Shown here: piece after piece, positions 48,888 to 58,314 of the stretch
How positions within the stretch are numbered: the first letter of the stretch is position 1
Layout of the letters: each line of letters opens with the position of its first letter
Origin: Candidatus Levyibacteriota bacterium
GTDB taxonomy: Bacteria; Patescibacteriota; Microgenomatia; Levybacterales; UBA12049
Length of the DNA: 64,000 nucleotides
Assembly: GCA_027334565.1 (NCBI GenBank)
Contig: DAHWUP010000002.1
Span: forward strand, 82,240-146,239
Direction of reading: 5' to 3'
Made by a program: the position numbers and the translations under genes
Notes under the pieces: generated by a model
What the model saw: only the letters and a program-made list of their open reading frames with translations
The model's database searches: none
Told to the model about the DNA's origin: nothing

Positions 48888-49751
48888 TTAAATCGAATTG
48901 AATAACTTCAACCTGTTTTCTACTACCGTACCTATCATGGAAACCGCGGACGGCAAAATTTTGTAAGGCGCTACTTCATCGGGGTGTTCCTGCAACCCTT
49001 TTTCAAGACCTTTTCGCCAGGCGACACGGAGTTCCGTACTGACATGAACTATGGTCATTCCTGCCTGTATTGCTGCAACAAAATCCTCATCAGCCGTTCC
49101 CGATCCGCCGTGCAAAGTCATATACCTTCCTGTTTCTTCCTTAATCCTCCTGATCAAATCGATCTGTAGATGTTTTTTGGCATCGCCCGTAACCATCGAT
49201 TTTAAAAGTCCGTGCATGTTACCTACCGCCGGCGCAAGCACTTCTACTCCAGTCTCCTGTACGAATCGTTTTGCATCTTCGGGATCGGTCAACTGTAGCC
49301 CTTCGGGTGCTTTTTCCATAACTTCCGACGAGGTGCCGATAAACCCGGTTTCCCCCTCCATAATCACGTTTGGATTAATCGATTTTGCCAAGCGGACGGC
49401 TTCTTTGGTATTCTTGATATTTTCGTCTAAAGTTAGGTTCGAATTGTCGAATATGATTTCGTCAAATCCGGCCTCAGCCGCCTCTTTAACTTTTTCCAGA
49501 GAATGAGTGTGATCCGCATTTAAAAAAATAGGATAATTATATTCATTTCTTAGGCTTGAAACCCAAGCTGCTACCTGGGCTACTCCGATAAATTCCCTCT
49601 CGCCCTCGGAAACACCGATGAGAACGGGCAGTTCCAATTTTCTTGCGGATTCGAAAACAGCCTTTAGGGCTGCGATCTCGGAGATATTAAAATGGCCTAT
49701 TGCCACCTTTTTTTGATCTGCTTCTTTAAGATATTCCAATAAACTTTTCAT
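48888..49751 (-). CDS. fba: class II fructose-bisphosphate aldolase
   Basis: VAIGHFNISE; LHGGSGTADEDF. Confidence 0.85.
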   Translation of the reverse strand: MKSLLEYLKEADQKKVAIGHFNISEIAALKAVFESARKLELPVLIGVSEGEREFIGVAQVAAWVSSLRNEYNYPIFLNADHTHSLEKVKEAAEAGFDEIIFDNSNLTLDENIKNTKEAVRLAKSINPNVIMEGETGFIGTSSEVMEKAPEGLQLTDPEDAKRFVQETGVEVLAPAVGNMHGLLKSMVTGDAKKHLQIDLIRRIKEETGRYMTLHGGSGTADEDFVAAIQAGMTIVHVSTELRVAWRKGLEKGLQEHPDEVAPYKILPSAVSMIGTVVENRLKLFNSI

Positions 49752-49791
49752 ATTGTTGGAGGTAAAATTGCAGAAAGTTATGAATTATTTA

Positions 49792-49962
49792 TTAATATGG
49801 TTTTGCGCCGAACATCTGCCACACGATCCATAAGGCTGCAACAAGCACAAAGACCGAAAATAATAAAAATGTCAAAGAATCAAATTTAATTCCATAGGTT
49901 TCTGCCCGATAAAGATTTTTTCTTTGTTTATGCGCAGAACTTTTTGTTCTTTTCTTGGCCAT
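49792..49962 (-). CDS. unannotated small membrane protein (56 aa, MAKKRTKSSAHKQRKNLYRAETYGIKFDSLTFLLFSVFVLVAALWIVWQMFGAKPY)
   Basis: Strong SD AAGGAGGTG 7 nt upstream of the ATG at 49962; basic N-terminus plus one TM. Confidence 0.35.
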   Translation of the reverse strand: MAKKRTKSSAHKQRKNLYRAETYGIKFDSLTFLLFSVFVLVAALWIVWQMFGAKPY

Positions 49963-50191
49963 TTTTAACACCTCCTTTTATATTGTCATACTTATTATGC
50001 TCATACGAAAACCTCAGTTGTCAATAAGAATTTAACTTTTTGAAGCAAATTATATAACTATAAGATTATATTTGGGCAGGCGTAAGTTAAACGGGCGATA
50101 AAATTTGCTCCGACTTCAGTCGCTTATTCGAACAACAGAACAATAAATTCCCCTTGACAATAACCTATAATTTAACTTAATCTTATAATAT

Positions 50192-50608
50192 ATGTCCGAA
50201 ATTGGTACAGAAGTCGCCCAGCCTGATATTACTTCTGCCGAACAACAATCCAAAGAGGGATTCATCGATAGGGCAAAATCATTTATTCGAAAAGCGCTCA
50301 GCAGGAGTAAAACTTCTGATAACCGTTTTAATCAGGCACAACCGGTTCCGTCCGACACCGATAGGATTACGGCAATTACCGAACAACTTAAATATCCCGA
50401 TTATAAGGGACCGGGAATTGCCAAAAAGGATTATATTGCCACCGGACAAAACCCGTTGCCAACCGGCGAAAAGTTAGCAGCCGAGGATAGCCTGCCGCTC
50501 ACACTTCCGCAAAAAGGTGAAGAAGGTTATGTTCCTTCGGCTCAAACCGGCGAGGAAATTCCGCAGGTGCCCGAACAACCGGAAGAAACAATCGAACAGG
50601 TAGCTTAA
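50192..50608 (+). CDS. hypothetical acidic, likely disordered protein
   Basis: ORF only. Confidence 0.35.
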   Translation: MSEIGTEVAQPDITSAEQQSKEGFIDRAKSFIRKALSRSKTSDNRFNQAQPVPSDTDRITAITEQLKYPDYKGPGIAKKDYIATGQNPLPTGEKLAAEDSLPLTLPQKGEEGYVPSAQTGEEIPQVPEQPEETIEQVA

Positions 50609-50791
50609 ATCATATGTTAGAAAATATCGCGAATATCCTAAATTTAAAACCGTCGACGGTCAAGAAGGCCGAATTACCACAAAATACATCTCGGGATTTG
50701 CCACTTACCGTTTCTCCAACACCGGATGACATAAGACAACAAAGGAATAAATTGGCTGCCAGGATGATACCGAGGACATAAATAGAGGAAC

Positions 50792-52120
50792 TTAATTATC
50801 CTCTACCCTATAACCCATTTTTATGACTTTCTCCCTAATTTTATCCGCTTCGGCATAATTCTTTTCTTTCCTTAAGATATCACGTTTGATTAAAAGCTTT
50901 TTAATATCGTCCGGCATTTCTTTTTCTCTGAACTTTAAAATTTTACCAGAATCTTTAAGCGATAATCCCAATATCTCATCGAATTTGAAAATAGATTCCG
51001 ACTTTGCCGAGGTAGGATTATCGGAATTTACGACCTGCCAAACAACAGCTAAGGCTTGCGGCATATTCAAATCGTCATTGACGGCTGTCTGGAAATCGTT
51101 TTCAAGTTCTGCGCAACCGATCCTAGGATTATCAAAACCTGAGATTTCCCTTCTTAACTTATTTAATGCGTTTTGTGCGGCTTCCAACGCTTCCCAGGTA
51201 AAATTCATTTCCTGTCTATAGTGGGTTTGTAAAAAAAGATAACGTAAGGCAAGGGGGTCGAATCCCTTTTTCTCAATATCGGAAAGTGTATAAAAGTTAT
51301 TAAGACTTTTACTCATTTTTTCTCCCTCAACGAGCATATGGGCACCGTGAACCCAATATTTCACGAACGGCTTTCTCCCGGTTTTGGCTTCACTTTGGGC
51401 TATTTCGTTTTCATGGTGGGGAAAAATTAAGTCAACCCCGCCTGTATGAATATCGATTTCGTCTCCAAGGACTGACTGCGACATGACCGAACATTCAATA
51501 TGCCAACCCGGCCTCCCCCATCCTAAATCCGTTTGAAAACTACCCGGTGCTTTCTCGGGCACCGATTTCCAGAGTGCAAAATCCTGGACATCGCTTTTCG
51601 TATATTCATCGGACAAGGTTCTCGTTCCGGTTTTCAGTTCCCGTTTCTTAACGCCCGAAAGCTTTCCATAATCTCTAAATTTTGATATATCAAAATATAC
51701 CGACCCGTCTTTTTCCTTGTACGCATAACCCTTATCAAGCAGCGCTTTAATGTAATCAACCATCCTGGCGATGTATTCTGTTGCGAAAGGCCTGACCGTG
51801 GGAGGCTCAACGTTCAATTTATTAATATCGGTGAGGAAAAATTTCGTGTATTTATCCGATATTTCTTTTATGGTCTTTTTCTGTTCATTTGCCCTTTTGA
51901 TTATTTTATCGTCTATGTCAGTGACGTTTTGTGCCGATTTAACCTGATAACCGTTATATCTTAACGCTCTGATGAGAACATCCGAGAATACAAATGTACG
52001 TAAATTACCGATATGCATATAATCGTAAACCGTCGGTCCACAAGTGTAAGTTGTGACATTTTTATCTTGCGCTGGAACAATTTCCTCTTGTTGACGATGT
52101 AGGGTGTTATAAATTCTCAT
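50792..52120 (-). CDS. cysS: cysteinyl-tRNA synthetase
   Basis: CGPTVYDYMHIGN (HIGH), KMSKSLNN (KMSKS). Confidence 0.9.
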   Translation of the reverse strand: MRIYNTLHRQQEEIVPAQDKNVTTYTCGPTVYDYMHIGNLRTFVFSDVLIRALRYNGYQVKSAQNVTDIDDKIIKRANEQKKTIKEISDKYTKFFLTDINKLNVEPPTVRPFATEYIARMVDYIKALLDKGYAYKEKDGSVYFDISKFRDYGKLSGVKKRELKTGTRTLSDEYTKSDVQDFALWKSVPEKAPGSFQTDLGWGRPGWHIECSVMSQSVLGDEIDIHTGGVDLIFPHHENEIAQSEAKTGRKPFVKYWVHGAHMLVEGEKMSKSLNNFYTLSDIEKKGFDPLALRYLFLQTHYRQEMNFTWEALEAAQNALNKLRREISGFDNPRIGCAELENDFQTAVNDDLNMPQALAVVWQVVNSDNPTSAKSESIFKFDEILGLSLKDSGKILKFREKEMPDDIKKLLIKRDILRKEKNYAEADKIREKVIKMGYRVEDN

Positions 52121-52677
52121 CCCGACACTCCCCTGTTTACCTCAACGCTGGTTTGCGCCCTTTGAACGGCAAGTGGCAGCTTTTTTTCCTCTTTCTTATG
52201 CTCAAGCTCAGCCATCTTCTTCTGTTCTTCCTCTTGAGCTTGAACATCTGCGGGGCGTTCCTGTTTTTTGTGTTCGTAGGCAAAGAGCGGGTCGTAATAA
52301 ACCCGTTCGTGTAACTCTTGCCTTATTTTAAGAAGTTTCTGCTGCGTTTCGTATTCCTCCTGGGTTTGGGGTTTAGGGGTTTGTGGAGCCTGAGTCGAAG
52401 GTGCATAATAGTCCTTTACCATTTCCGCTGTTTCTTCATTTTGTAAATTCTGCGCCGCTACTGCTTCGTTAGGTAACTGTCCCTGAGCTTGGACCGCCGG
52501 TTGATTTTGATTCTGATTCGTCACCGTTGTGTGATTATTCTCATTCTTGATCCCTATCTGTCCTGAAACCGCATTAGTGGTGTCCGAAACCGCGGATTTG
52601 ACCGTATTTAAGGCGGTCTGCTGACCTTGTTCAAGAATCTCACCAAACTGCGGCAACGCCCCCGATATCGGGTCCAT
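52117..52677 (-). CDS. hypothetical Q/E-rich low-complexity protein, translationally coupled between recR and cysS
   Basis: ATGA overlap at both ends. Confidence 0.4.
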   Translation of the reverse strand: MDPISGALPQFGEILEQGQQTALNTVKSAVSDTTNAVSGQIGIKNENNHTTVTNQNQNQPAVQAQGQLPNEAVAAQNLQNEETAEMVKDYYAPSTQAPQTPKPQTQEEYETQQKLLKIRQELHERVYYDPLFAYEHKKQERPADVQAQEEEQKKMAELEHKKEEKKLPLAVQRAQTSVEVNRGVSG

Positions 52678-53285
52678 CAGTATTCACTCCTTCCCTCCAT
52701 AGCTCGCTGAAGGGTTATATCATCAGCATACTCCAAATCTGCCCCGACGGGAAGACCTCTGCCTATGCGGGTAATCTTGATTTCGGAATTGATAACTTTT
52801 ATCTGTTTGGAAATATACATCGCGGTAGCCTCGCCTTCCATCGTTGGGTTGGTCGCCAGAATCAGCTCTTCTATCTTGGAATTCGGATTTCTAACCCTTG
52901 CCAAAAGTTGTGGAATATAAATTTCGTCCGGGCCTATGTTTTCAAGCGGGTCAATTTTGCCGTGTAATACATGATATATCCCCTTGTATCCCCGGCCTTT
53001 TTCGAGTGCCAAAACGTCGAGCGGTTGCTCGACAACACACACTCTTGATTCGTCACGTGTTTTATCGGAACAGATACTGCATGGATCACGGTCGTCAATC
53101 ATAAAGCAAATCGAGCATATGCTGGTACCTTTCTTAAGGTTTAAAAGGCTCTTGGCAAAATTATCCAGTTCGCTTTGCGGAACGTGCAACAGATAAAAAG
53201 TCAATCTTTGTGCGGTTTTTGGACCGATTCCCGGAAGTTTTTCAAACGACTCGATTAGGTTTTGGATCGCCTTAGGTATTGTCAT
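52677..53285 (-). CDS. recR: recombination protein RecR
   Basis: LPGIGPKTAQRL HhH; C4 zinc finger CSICFMID..CSICSD; Toprim. Confidence 0.9.
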   Translation of the reverse strand: MTIPKAIQNLIESFEKLPGIGPKTAQRLTFYLLHVPQSELDNFAKSLLNLKKGTSICSICFMIDDRDPCSICSDKTRDESRVCVVEQPLDVLALEKGRGYKGIYHVLHGKIDPLENIGPDEIYIPQLLARVRNPNSKIEELILATNPTMEGEATAMYISKQIKVINSEIKITRIGRGLPVGADLEYADDITLQRAMEGRSEY

Positions 53286-53287
53286 AT

Positions 53288-54190
53288 TCAGGATTTTAAG
53301 GCTTTGGCGGCCGTTTCCGCAATAGACAAAACCTCAAGCTTGGGAAATGATTTGAAGTTCGGAATATCGATGGTATCCGATACTACCACCCGCTCAAGTC
53401 TTGAGTGTTGTAAAAGTTTACCGGCATCCCTGGCTAAAACCGCATGGGTTGCAAAAGCAAATACATTTAAGGCTCCGTTTTGCAAAAGCAAATCGGCGGC
53501 CTCGACCATAGTCTGACCGGTAGAAATCATATCGTCGACGATAACGGCGGTTTTACCCCTTACATCACCGTCAAGCCCCGAATCATTTATTGCCCCGCTT
53601 GACAGGTCTCTGTTTTTGGTGACGGTCGCAAAAGGAATATTTGACAACAAATCAGAAATTTCCTCAATCCGCCTGATTCCACCCATATCCGGTGAAACCA
53701 AAACCAATTCGTCCAACTTAAAATCCTTTTTGATTTTTTCGGCAAAAACAGGTAATGCCGATAAGTGGTGCATAGGCACCGGAAAAACATCCGGGATCTT
53801 CGGCGAGTGAAGGTCGAAAGAAAAGGCTTCGGTCATCCCGACGACTTTCAGGATATTGGCGATTACTTCCAAAGAGACCGCTTCACCGTCGCGAAAAATA
53901 TGGTCTTGTCTTTGATAACCAAGATACGGAATCAATGCCTTAACGGTTTTTGCACCGGATCTTCTCAGTGCGTCGATCATAATAAAAAGCTCCATGTAGT
54001 TTTCATCCGGCGGAATGCTTGCCGACTGCACCACCACGCAGTCCTCATCTAATACTTTTTCCTGGATTCTGATCCTTTTTTCTCCGTCCGGGAACATAAA
54101 AATCTCGACCGGAGACAATTCGATATTCAGTCCGGCCGCAACTTTAACCGCCAATATTTTATTGGAATTACCGCTAAAGATCTTCATCAA
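53288..54190 (-). CDS. prs: ribose-phosphate pyrophosphokinase
   Basis: YLGYQRQD; VIVDDMISTGQT. Confidence 0.9.
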   Translation of the reverse strand: MMKIFSGNSNKILAVKVAAGLNIELSPVEIFMFPDGEKRIRIQEKVLDEDCVVVQSASIPPDENYMELFIMIDALRRSGAKTVKALIPYLGYQRQDHIFRDGEAVSLEVIANILKVVGMTEAFSFDLHSPKIPDVFPVPMHHLSALPVFAEKIKKDFKLDELVLVSPDMGGIRRIEEISDLLSNIPFATVTKNRDLSSGAINDSGLDGDVRGKTAVIVDDMISTGQTMVEAADLLLQNGALNVFAFATHAVLARDAGKLLQHSRLERVVVSDTIDIPNFKSFPKLEVLSIAETAAKALKS

Positions 54191-54236
54191 TCTATTCTAC
54201 TATTTTTGAAGATTGTGTGGCAAGAACAGAAGGAAA

Positions 54237-54521
54237 CTACTGATTTCCGCCTAAAAGTCCCGACAGTCCGCCTTGCATTGACGCTAATTTTCTGGCAGCT
54301 ACTTCCTGCGATTTCTTGATTGCTTCATTGACCGCGTCTTTAACATCGTTATCACCTCTTCCGTTCGTCTTAATGTCCTTGATTTTTTGATCTCCGGTGA
54401 TAATGATCTGGACGCCATGACTATCGACGTTAACTTCTTCCCCCTGCAGCTCTTTTTGAATTTTCATCGCCTGGTCTCGCATTTTTTTAAGCTCCCCCAG
54501 TTGTGCGAATGGATTATTCAT
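54237..54521 (-). CDS. ybaB: nucleoid-associated protein YbaB/EbfC
   Basis: MNNPFAQLGELKKMRDQAMKIQKEL.. Confidence 0.85.
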   Translation of the reverse strand: MNNPFAQLGELKKMRDQAMKIQKELQGEEVNVDSHGVQIIITGDQKIKDIKTNGRGDNDVKDAVNEAIKKSQEVAARKLASMQGGLSGLLGGNQ

Positions 54522-54524
54522 ATT

Positions 54525-55940
54525 TCAGTTCACCCCCTTTAATATTACCTCAATCCTTATGTTCTTCCCTGTAATTTTTTTTGTTGCCTCTTCCAATAAA
54601 TTAAGGTTCTTTTCTTCTTCTATCCTTTCCTTGTGAAATTTTGAAGATGCGATTATGACAAGTTTACCGTCTTTGATATCCTCTGCCGTACAACCGCGCA
54701 AAACCCCGGCAAATAGATTATTGTGGTTTTTGATCTCCTCAATCAATCTACTAAAAAAACCATTATTCGACAACTGCGTTGTGCCCGCAGAATTCTCTTT
54801 GCGAGTATCGGTGTGTTGTGACCGACCGGTAACTCGACCTGCATCATAAGTTTGAGTAGAATTATTCTCCTGAGCATCTTTGGAATCGGTGTTGTTTTCC
54901 TCCTCGCCTCCCCACTCGACAAGAGCTATTTCAAGCGGGGTCTGTGGTAAAACTGCATATTTGATCTCCGAATTCGCATCGGATAAAATTTCGAAAAGTT
55001 TTCTTATTTCACCCAGATTAAACAACGTTTCTCCTTTTTCCACACCTGCCTCCACCAACAGCATAAAATGCAGTTGTTCGATCAGCTCTTCGGTAAAATA
55101 TTTAAAATCCATCCCCTGTTTTTCCAGCTCCTGGCAAAGTCTGATACCGGCTTTAACGTCTTTCTGGGCAAAGGCCATAAGCATCTTCGAGACACTCATA
55201 CCTATCCCCAATATATGATATTTTTCATTTACCAGATCTTTGGTTATGGTTTTTTTACCGGAATATCCGTAAACCTCTTCCAAAATTTTCGCTCCGTCAC
55301 GAAAACTTCCGTCGGACAATGCGGCAATTTCTACTAAGGCGTCCTTATCGATTTTGATACCCTCGGCCTTAATAATTCGTTGCATCGACCTGACCAGTTC
55401 TTCACTCGTTGCTTTGGTAAAGTTGATCCTGAAACATCTTGAGGCGATCGTCGCCGGAACTTTTTGCGCTTCTGTCGTACACAGAATAAAAACTGCGTGG
55501 CCGGGCGGCTCCTCCAGGGTCTTTAACAATGCATTGAATGCTTCGGTGGTAAGCATATGAACCTCGTCGATGATATAAATTTTCTTGCCTGCTTTAAACG
55601 GCGCAAGTTTTATTTTCTCCCTCAAATCTCTTATTTCGTCGATGCCGCGGTTTGAAGCACCGTCGATTTCCAGAACATCGAGATTATTGCCGTTGGTGGT
55701 TGATACACACTGTTCGCATTTGTTGCAAGGTTCAACTTGAGTTTTGTCTTTCCTTCCTACGCAATTTATGACTTTGGCTACGATTCTGGCAGCGGAAGTT
55801 TTACCCAAACCCTTAGGACCGGTAAATAAGAATGCGTGTATCGAGCTCTTCTTGGAAAAAATAGACAGGAGGTTTTCCCTAACCGCCTCGTTATCGAGTT
55901 CCGATATTTTTTGGGGTCTGTACTTTCTGTAATAAACCAT
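54525..55940 (-). CDS. dnaX: DNA polymerase III gamma/tau subunit (start taken at MVYYRKYRPQ; the ORF extends to 55973)
   Basis: YRKYRPQ; FTGPKGLGKTS Walker A; CNKCEQC zinc module. Confidence 0.9.
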   Translation of the reverse strand: MVYYRKYRPQKISELDNEAVRENLLSIFSKKSSIHAFLFTGPKGLGKTSAARIVAKVINCVGRKDKTQVEPCNKCEQCVSTTNGNNLDVLEIDGASNRGIDEIRDLREKIKLAPFKAGKKIYIIDEVHMLTTEAFNALLKTLEEPPGHAVFILCTTEAQKVPATIASRCFRINFTKATSEELVRSMQRIIKAEGIKIDKDALVEIAALSDGSFRDGAKILEEVYGYSGKKTITKDLVNEKYHILGIGMSVSKMLMAFAQKDVKAGIRLCQELEKQGMDFKYFTEELIEQLHFMLLVEAGVEKGETLFNLGEIRKLFEILSDANSEIKYAVLPQTPLEIALVEWGGEEENNTDSKDAQENNSTQTYDAGRVTGRSQHTDTRKENSAGTTQLSNNGFFSRLIEEIKNHNNLFAGVLRGCTAEDIKDGKLVIIASSKFHKERIEEEKNLNLLEEATKKITGKNIRIEVILKGVN

Positions 55941-56050
55941 ACACGTCGCTTTCGTTCCGATTTTCAATCTCAAATTTACAAATTACAATTGATGTTTTAT
56001 TTCACAAATTGAAAAAACGGAAATTCACCGAAAATTGATAATCCTGACTT

Positions 56051-56437
56051 TCATTCGTGATGAATCCCGAGTAAGTGCATCAACCCGTGTTCCACGAGCT
56101 CGTCGACCTTATCGTCAACCAGCATTTCATCACGCGCCGCATCGTTTATCACCTGAGGGTAAGAGAGCACGATGTCACCCAAACGCAAAACTTCACTCGG
56201 AATGCCAAAAGCCTGACCCTCGGTTTGCGAAAAAGAGAGTATATTCCTTGTCTTGTCTTCCCCTTTATATTTTTTGCTTAAAGACCGCATTTTCCGGTCG
56301 CCGACAATCGCAATCGAGACCTCAACCGGCGCGTCGACATCATTCTTGCTGATGACATTTTCCACAACCTGTTTGATACGTTTCCTGTTAATCTTATATC
56401 TGCTTTCAACAAAGATTGGTACCTTTACTTTACTCAT
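56051..56437 (-). CDS. ybeY: rRNA maturation endoribonuclease YbeY
   Basis: HGLMHLLGIHHE. Confidence 0.85.
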   Translation of the reverse strand: MSKVKVPIFVESRYKINRKRIKQVVENVISKNDVDAPVEVSIAIVGDRKMRSLSKKYKGEDKTRNILSFSQTEGQAFGIPSEVLRLGDIVLSYPQVINDAARDEMLVDDKVDELVEHGLMHLLGIHHE

Positions 56438-56440
56438 AAG

Positions 56441-56626
56441 CTATGCTGCCGGTATCCTTTTGGCCCTTCTTGCGTCCTCTGCCTTTTGCTTTCTCGCCAG
56501 TGAAGGCTTAAGATAGAACTCGCGCCTCTTGGCTTCCTGCAGGATACCTTCTGACAAAACTTTTCTTGAAAATTTTCTGATCAATGCCTCATCACTGTCT
56601 CCGGGCATTTTTTTCACTACTACCAT
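56441..56626 (-). CDS. rpsU: 30S ribosomal protein S21
   Basis: 61 aa basic protein; LARKQKAEDARRAKR. Confidence 0.8.
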   Translation of the reverse strand: MVVVKKMPGDSDEALIRKFSRKVLSEGILQEAKRREFYLKPSLARKQKAEDARRAKRIPAA

Positions 56627-56641
56627 AATAAAACACCTCCT

Positions 56642-56986
56642 TTATAAATTTACCTTTTCGTATTTTCCCCATGGTCCCGTGATATGAATATGAAGATGGT
56701 CGATAATTTGAGCTCCCCCTCCATTCAATAACAACTTGAAACCTTTTTTATCCAGACCTTTCTTTTTGATTGTTTTTTGGATGATGCCGAAAACCTTAGC
56801 CATAAGCTTTGGATCGGTAAGTTCCATAAAATCCTTTAAATGTTTTTTGGGAACAACTAAAAAATGTAGATCTTTCGCAGGATTCAAATCCGGAAAAACC
56901 ATGACATCTTTATCCTCGTAATCGAATTCTTTTGCTATTTCGTGACTGGCAATTTTACAAAAAACACAGGATTTCATATTAATCAA
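56642..56986 (-). CDS. HIT-family (histidine triad) nucleotide hydrolase
   Basis: CVFCKI; DHLHIHI triad. Confidence 0.85.
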   Translation of the reverse strand: MINMKSCVFCKIASHEIAKEFDYEDKDVMVFPDLNPAKDLHFLVVPKKHLKDFMELTDPKLMAKVFGIIQKTIKKKGLDKKGFKLLLNGGGAQIIDHLHIHITGPWGKYEKVNL

Positions 56987-57004
56987 TATTTCAAACCCGG
57001 TATT

Positions 57005-57904
57005 CTAAATCGTTGTTAATACATCTATTATAGCATTCAGACTCAATTTTGTCGGTTTCATCTTGGGATTATGCGTCGTGCCGTTCAAAAGCATTTTTTT
57101 GGAAATGTGCAAAAACCAGGTTGCGCCGGGATCGATTTTCCTAAGTTTTTCATATGCCAAAGTCAGGTCTACCCCTTTTTTGCCCGGATCGTCGGGACGA
57201 GCTTTGATCCTCACGTAACCTTTCCTGGGATCCCTTCTTACCACCACCATATAGCCTTTAAGCTGGGCAAGCTTAACGACACTGTCGTTTATCGTTTCAA
57301 GCCCTAATCCTTTCCCCCATCTGGTTTTAAATTCGATTCCGTTTTTGTCAATTTCCCTTTCCGCCCAGATCCTATTCTCAAAATCATGCAATAAAGCGTC
57401 CAGACAATCCGAAATAAAATCAACATAAAATTCATCCCGGTTAGGTTTTTCCAGTTTCAGTCCGTCCAATATGTTGGTTACTGAAAAATCCTGGTAATCT
57501 GCGAGTGGGTCGGCCCTGAACACTTCCTTAAAATGATCGATGTCGGTAACATATTTTACCAACCTTTGTAGTGCCTCAAGCTTTTCCGGATTAATAGACG
57601 GATCGTTTTCTACTAAACCCCGCTTAACGAAATCGAAGGTCAATGAAGCTCCACAAACGGAATCGTCCGAGGTTTGATGATGGTCCAACGGTCCCATTCC
57701 CGTATCGACATGAATATATTCGTCATCGCCTTTTTTTTCTATTGCATAATCAAATCCCTGACCTTTTGGCAAAGGCAACAACCTTTCGCCGGACGGCACA
57801 AACCTGACGTTAGCTTTGTCCCATCCACCCAAAAACTTTCTCAAAAGCCATACGGATGTAATCGCGTCCATATCGGGCGCGTTATGAGCAACGATATATT
57901 TCAT
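57005..57904 (-). CDS. DHH-family phosphoesterase (NrnA-like)
   Basis: VAHNAPDMDAITS (motif I), HVDTG (motif II), LDHHQ (motif III). Confidence 0.55.
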   Translation of the reverse strand: MKYIVAHNAPDMDAITSVWLLRKFLGGWDKANVRFVPSGERLLPLPKGQGFDYAIEKKGDDEYIHVDTGMGPLDHHQTSDDSVCGASLTFDFVKRGLVENDPSINPEKLEALQRLVKYVTDIDHFKEVFRADPLADYQDFSVTNILDGLKLEKPNRDEFYVDFISDCLDALLHDFENRIWAEREIDKNGIEFKTRWGKGLGLETINDSVVKLAQLKGYMVVVRRDPRKGYVRIKARPDDPGKKGVDLTLAYEKLRKIDPGATWFLHISKKMLLNGTTHNPKMKPTKLSLNAIIDVLTTI

Positions 57905-58034
57905 TGTTCGTTTTGAGTCTGTATCAGCAGTTCTTTTAACCCGCTATAAATACAAGTCTTTTAGTATACGCTATTTTCAGGGCAAAAAAAAGGGCCGAAG
58001 ATTTGACAATGGTATTATTTTATAATTAAATGAA

Positions 58035-58295
58035 ATGAATATGGGTGAAGCAAGTTCGACGGAGGAAAATTTTGGACTCAAACCCGAAAATTTTGCGCAG
58101 ACCATCCAAAACGGGCCGGCCATCGCTAAAATAACCACCCAGATACCCTCCGAAGACGAGACTATAACGGCCGCCGGCAAAGAAGGCGTAGCTTTTACGG
58201 TCCGTCTTCCCGAGACTACCGATAGCGAAACGTTCGCCTCTAAAAACCCGGGGTTCTTAAGAAGGGTATTTGCTAAATTAAAAATAATCCATTAG
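58035..58295 (+). CDS. hypothetical protein (86 aa)
   Basis: ORF only. Confidence 0.3.
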   Translation: MNMGEASSTEENFGLKPENFAQTIQNGPAIAKITTQIPSEDETITAAGKEGVAFTVRLPETTDSETFASKNPGFLRRVFAKLKIIH

Positions 58296-58314
58296 GCAAA
58301 AAAATTATCCGGAG

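Noticed and set aside
50150-50191. TTGACA...TATAAT elements upstream of 50192
   Set aside because: The spacers are 6 or 24 nt, so this is not a functional -35/-10 pair as written. Only the proximal TATAAT, 3 nt before the ATG, might act as a leaderless promoter. Too uncertain to annotate.
50614-50781. 55-aa plus-strand ORF after the acidic protein gene
   Set aside because: No SD, no TM or motif, and it overlaps the 3' end region of the convergent cysS. Likely spurious.
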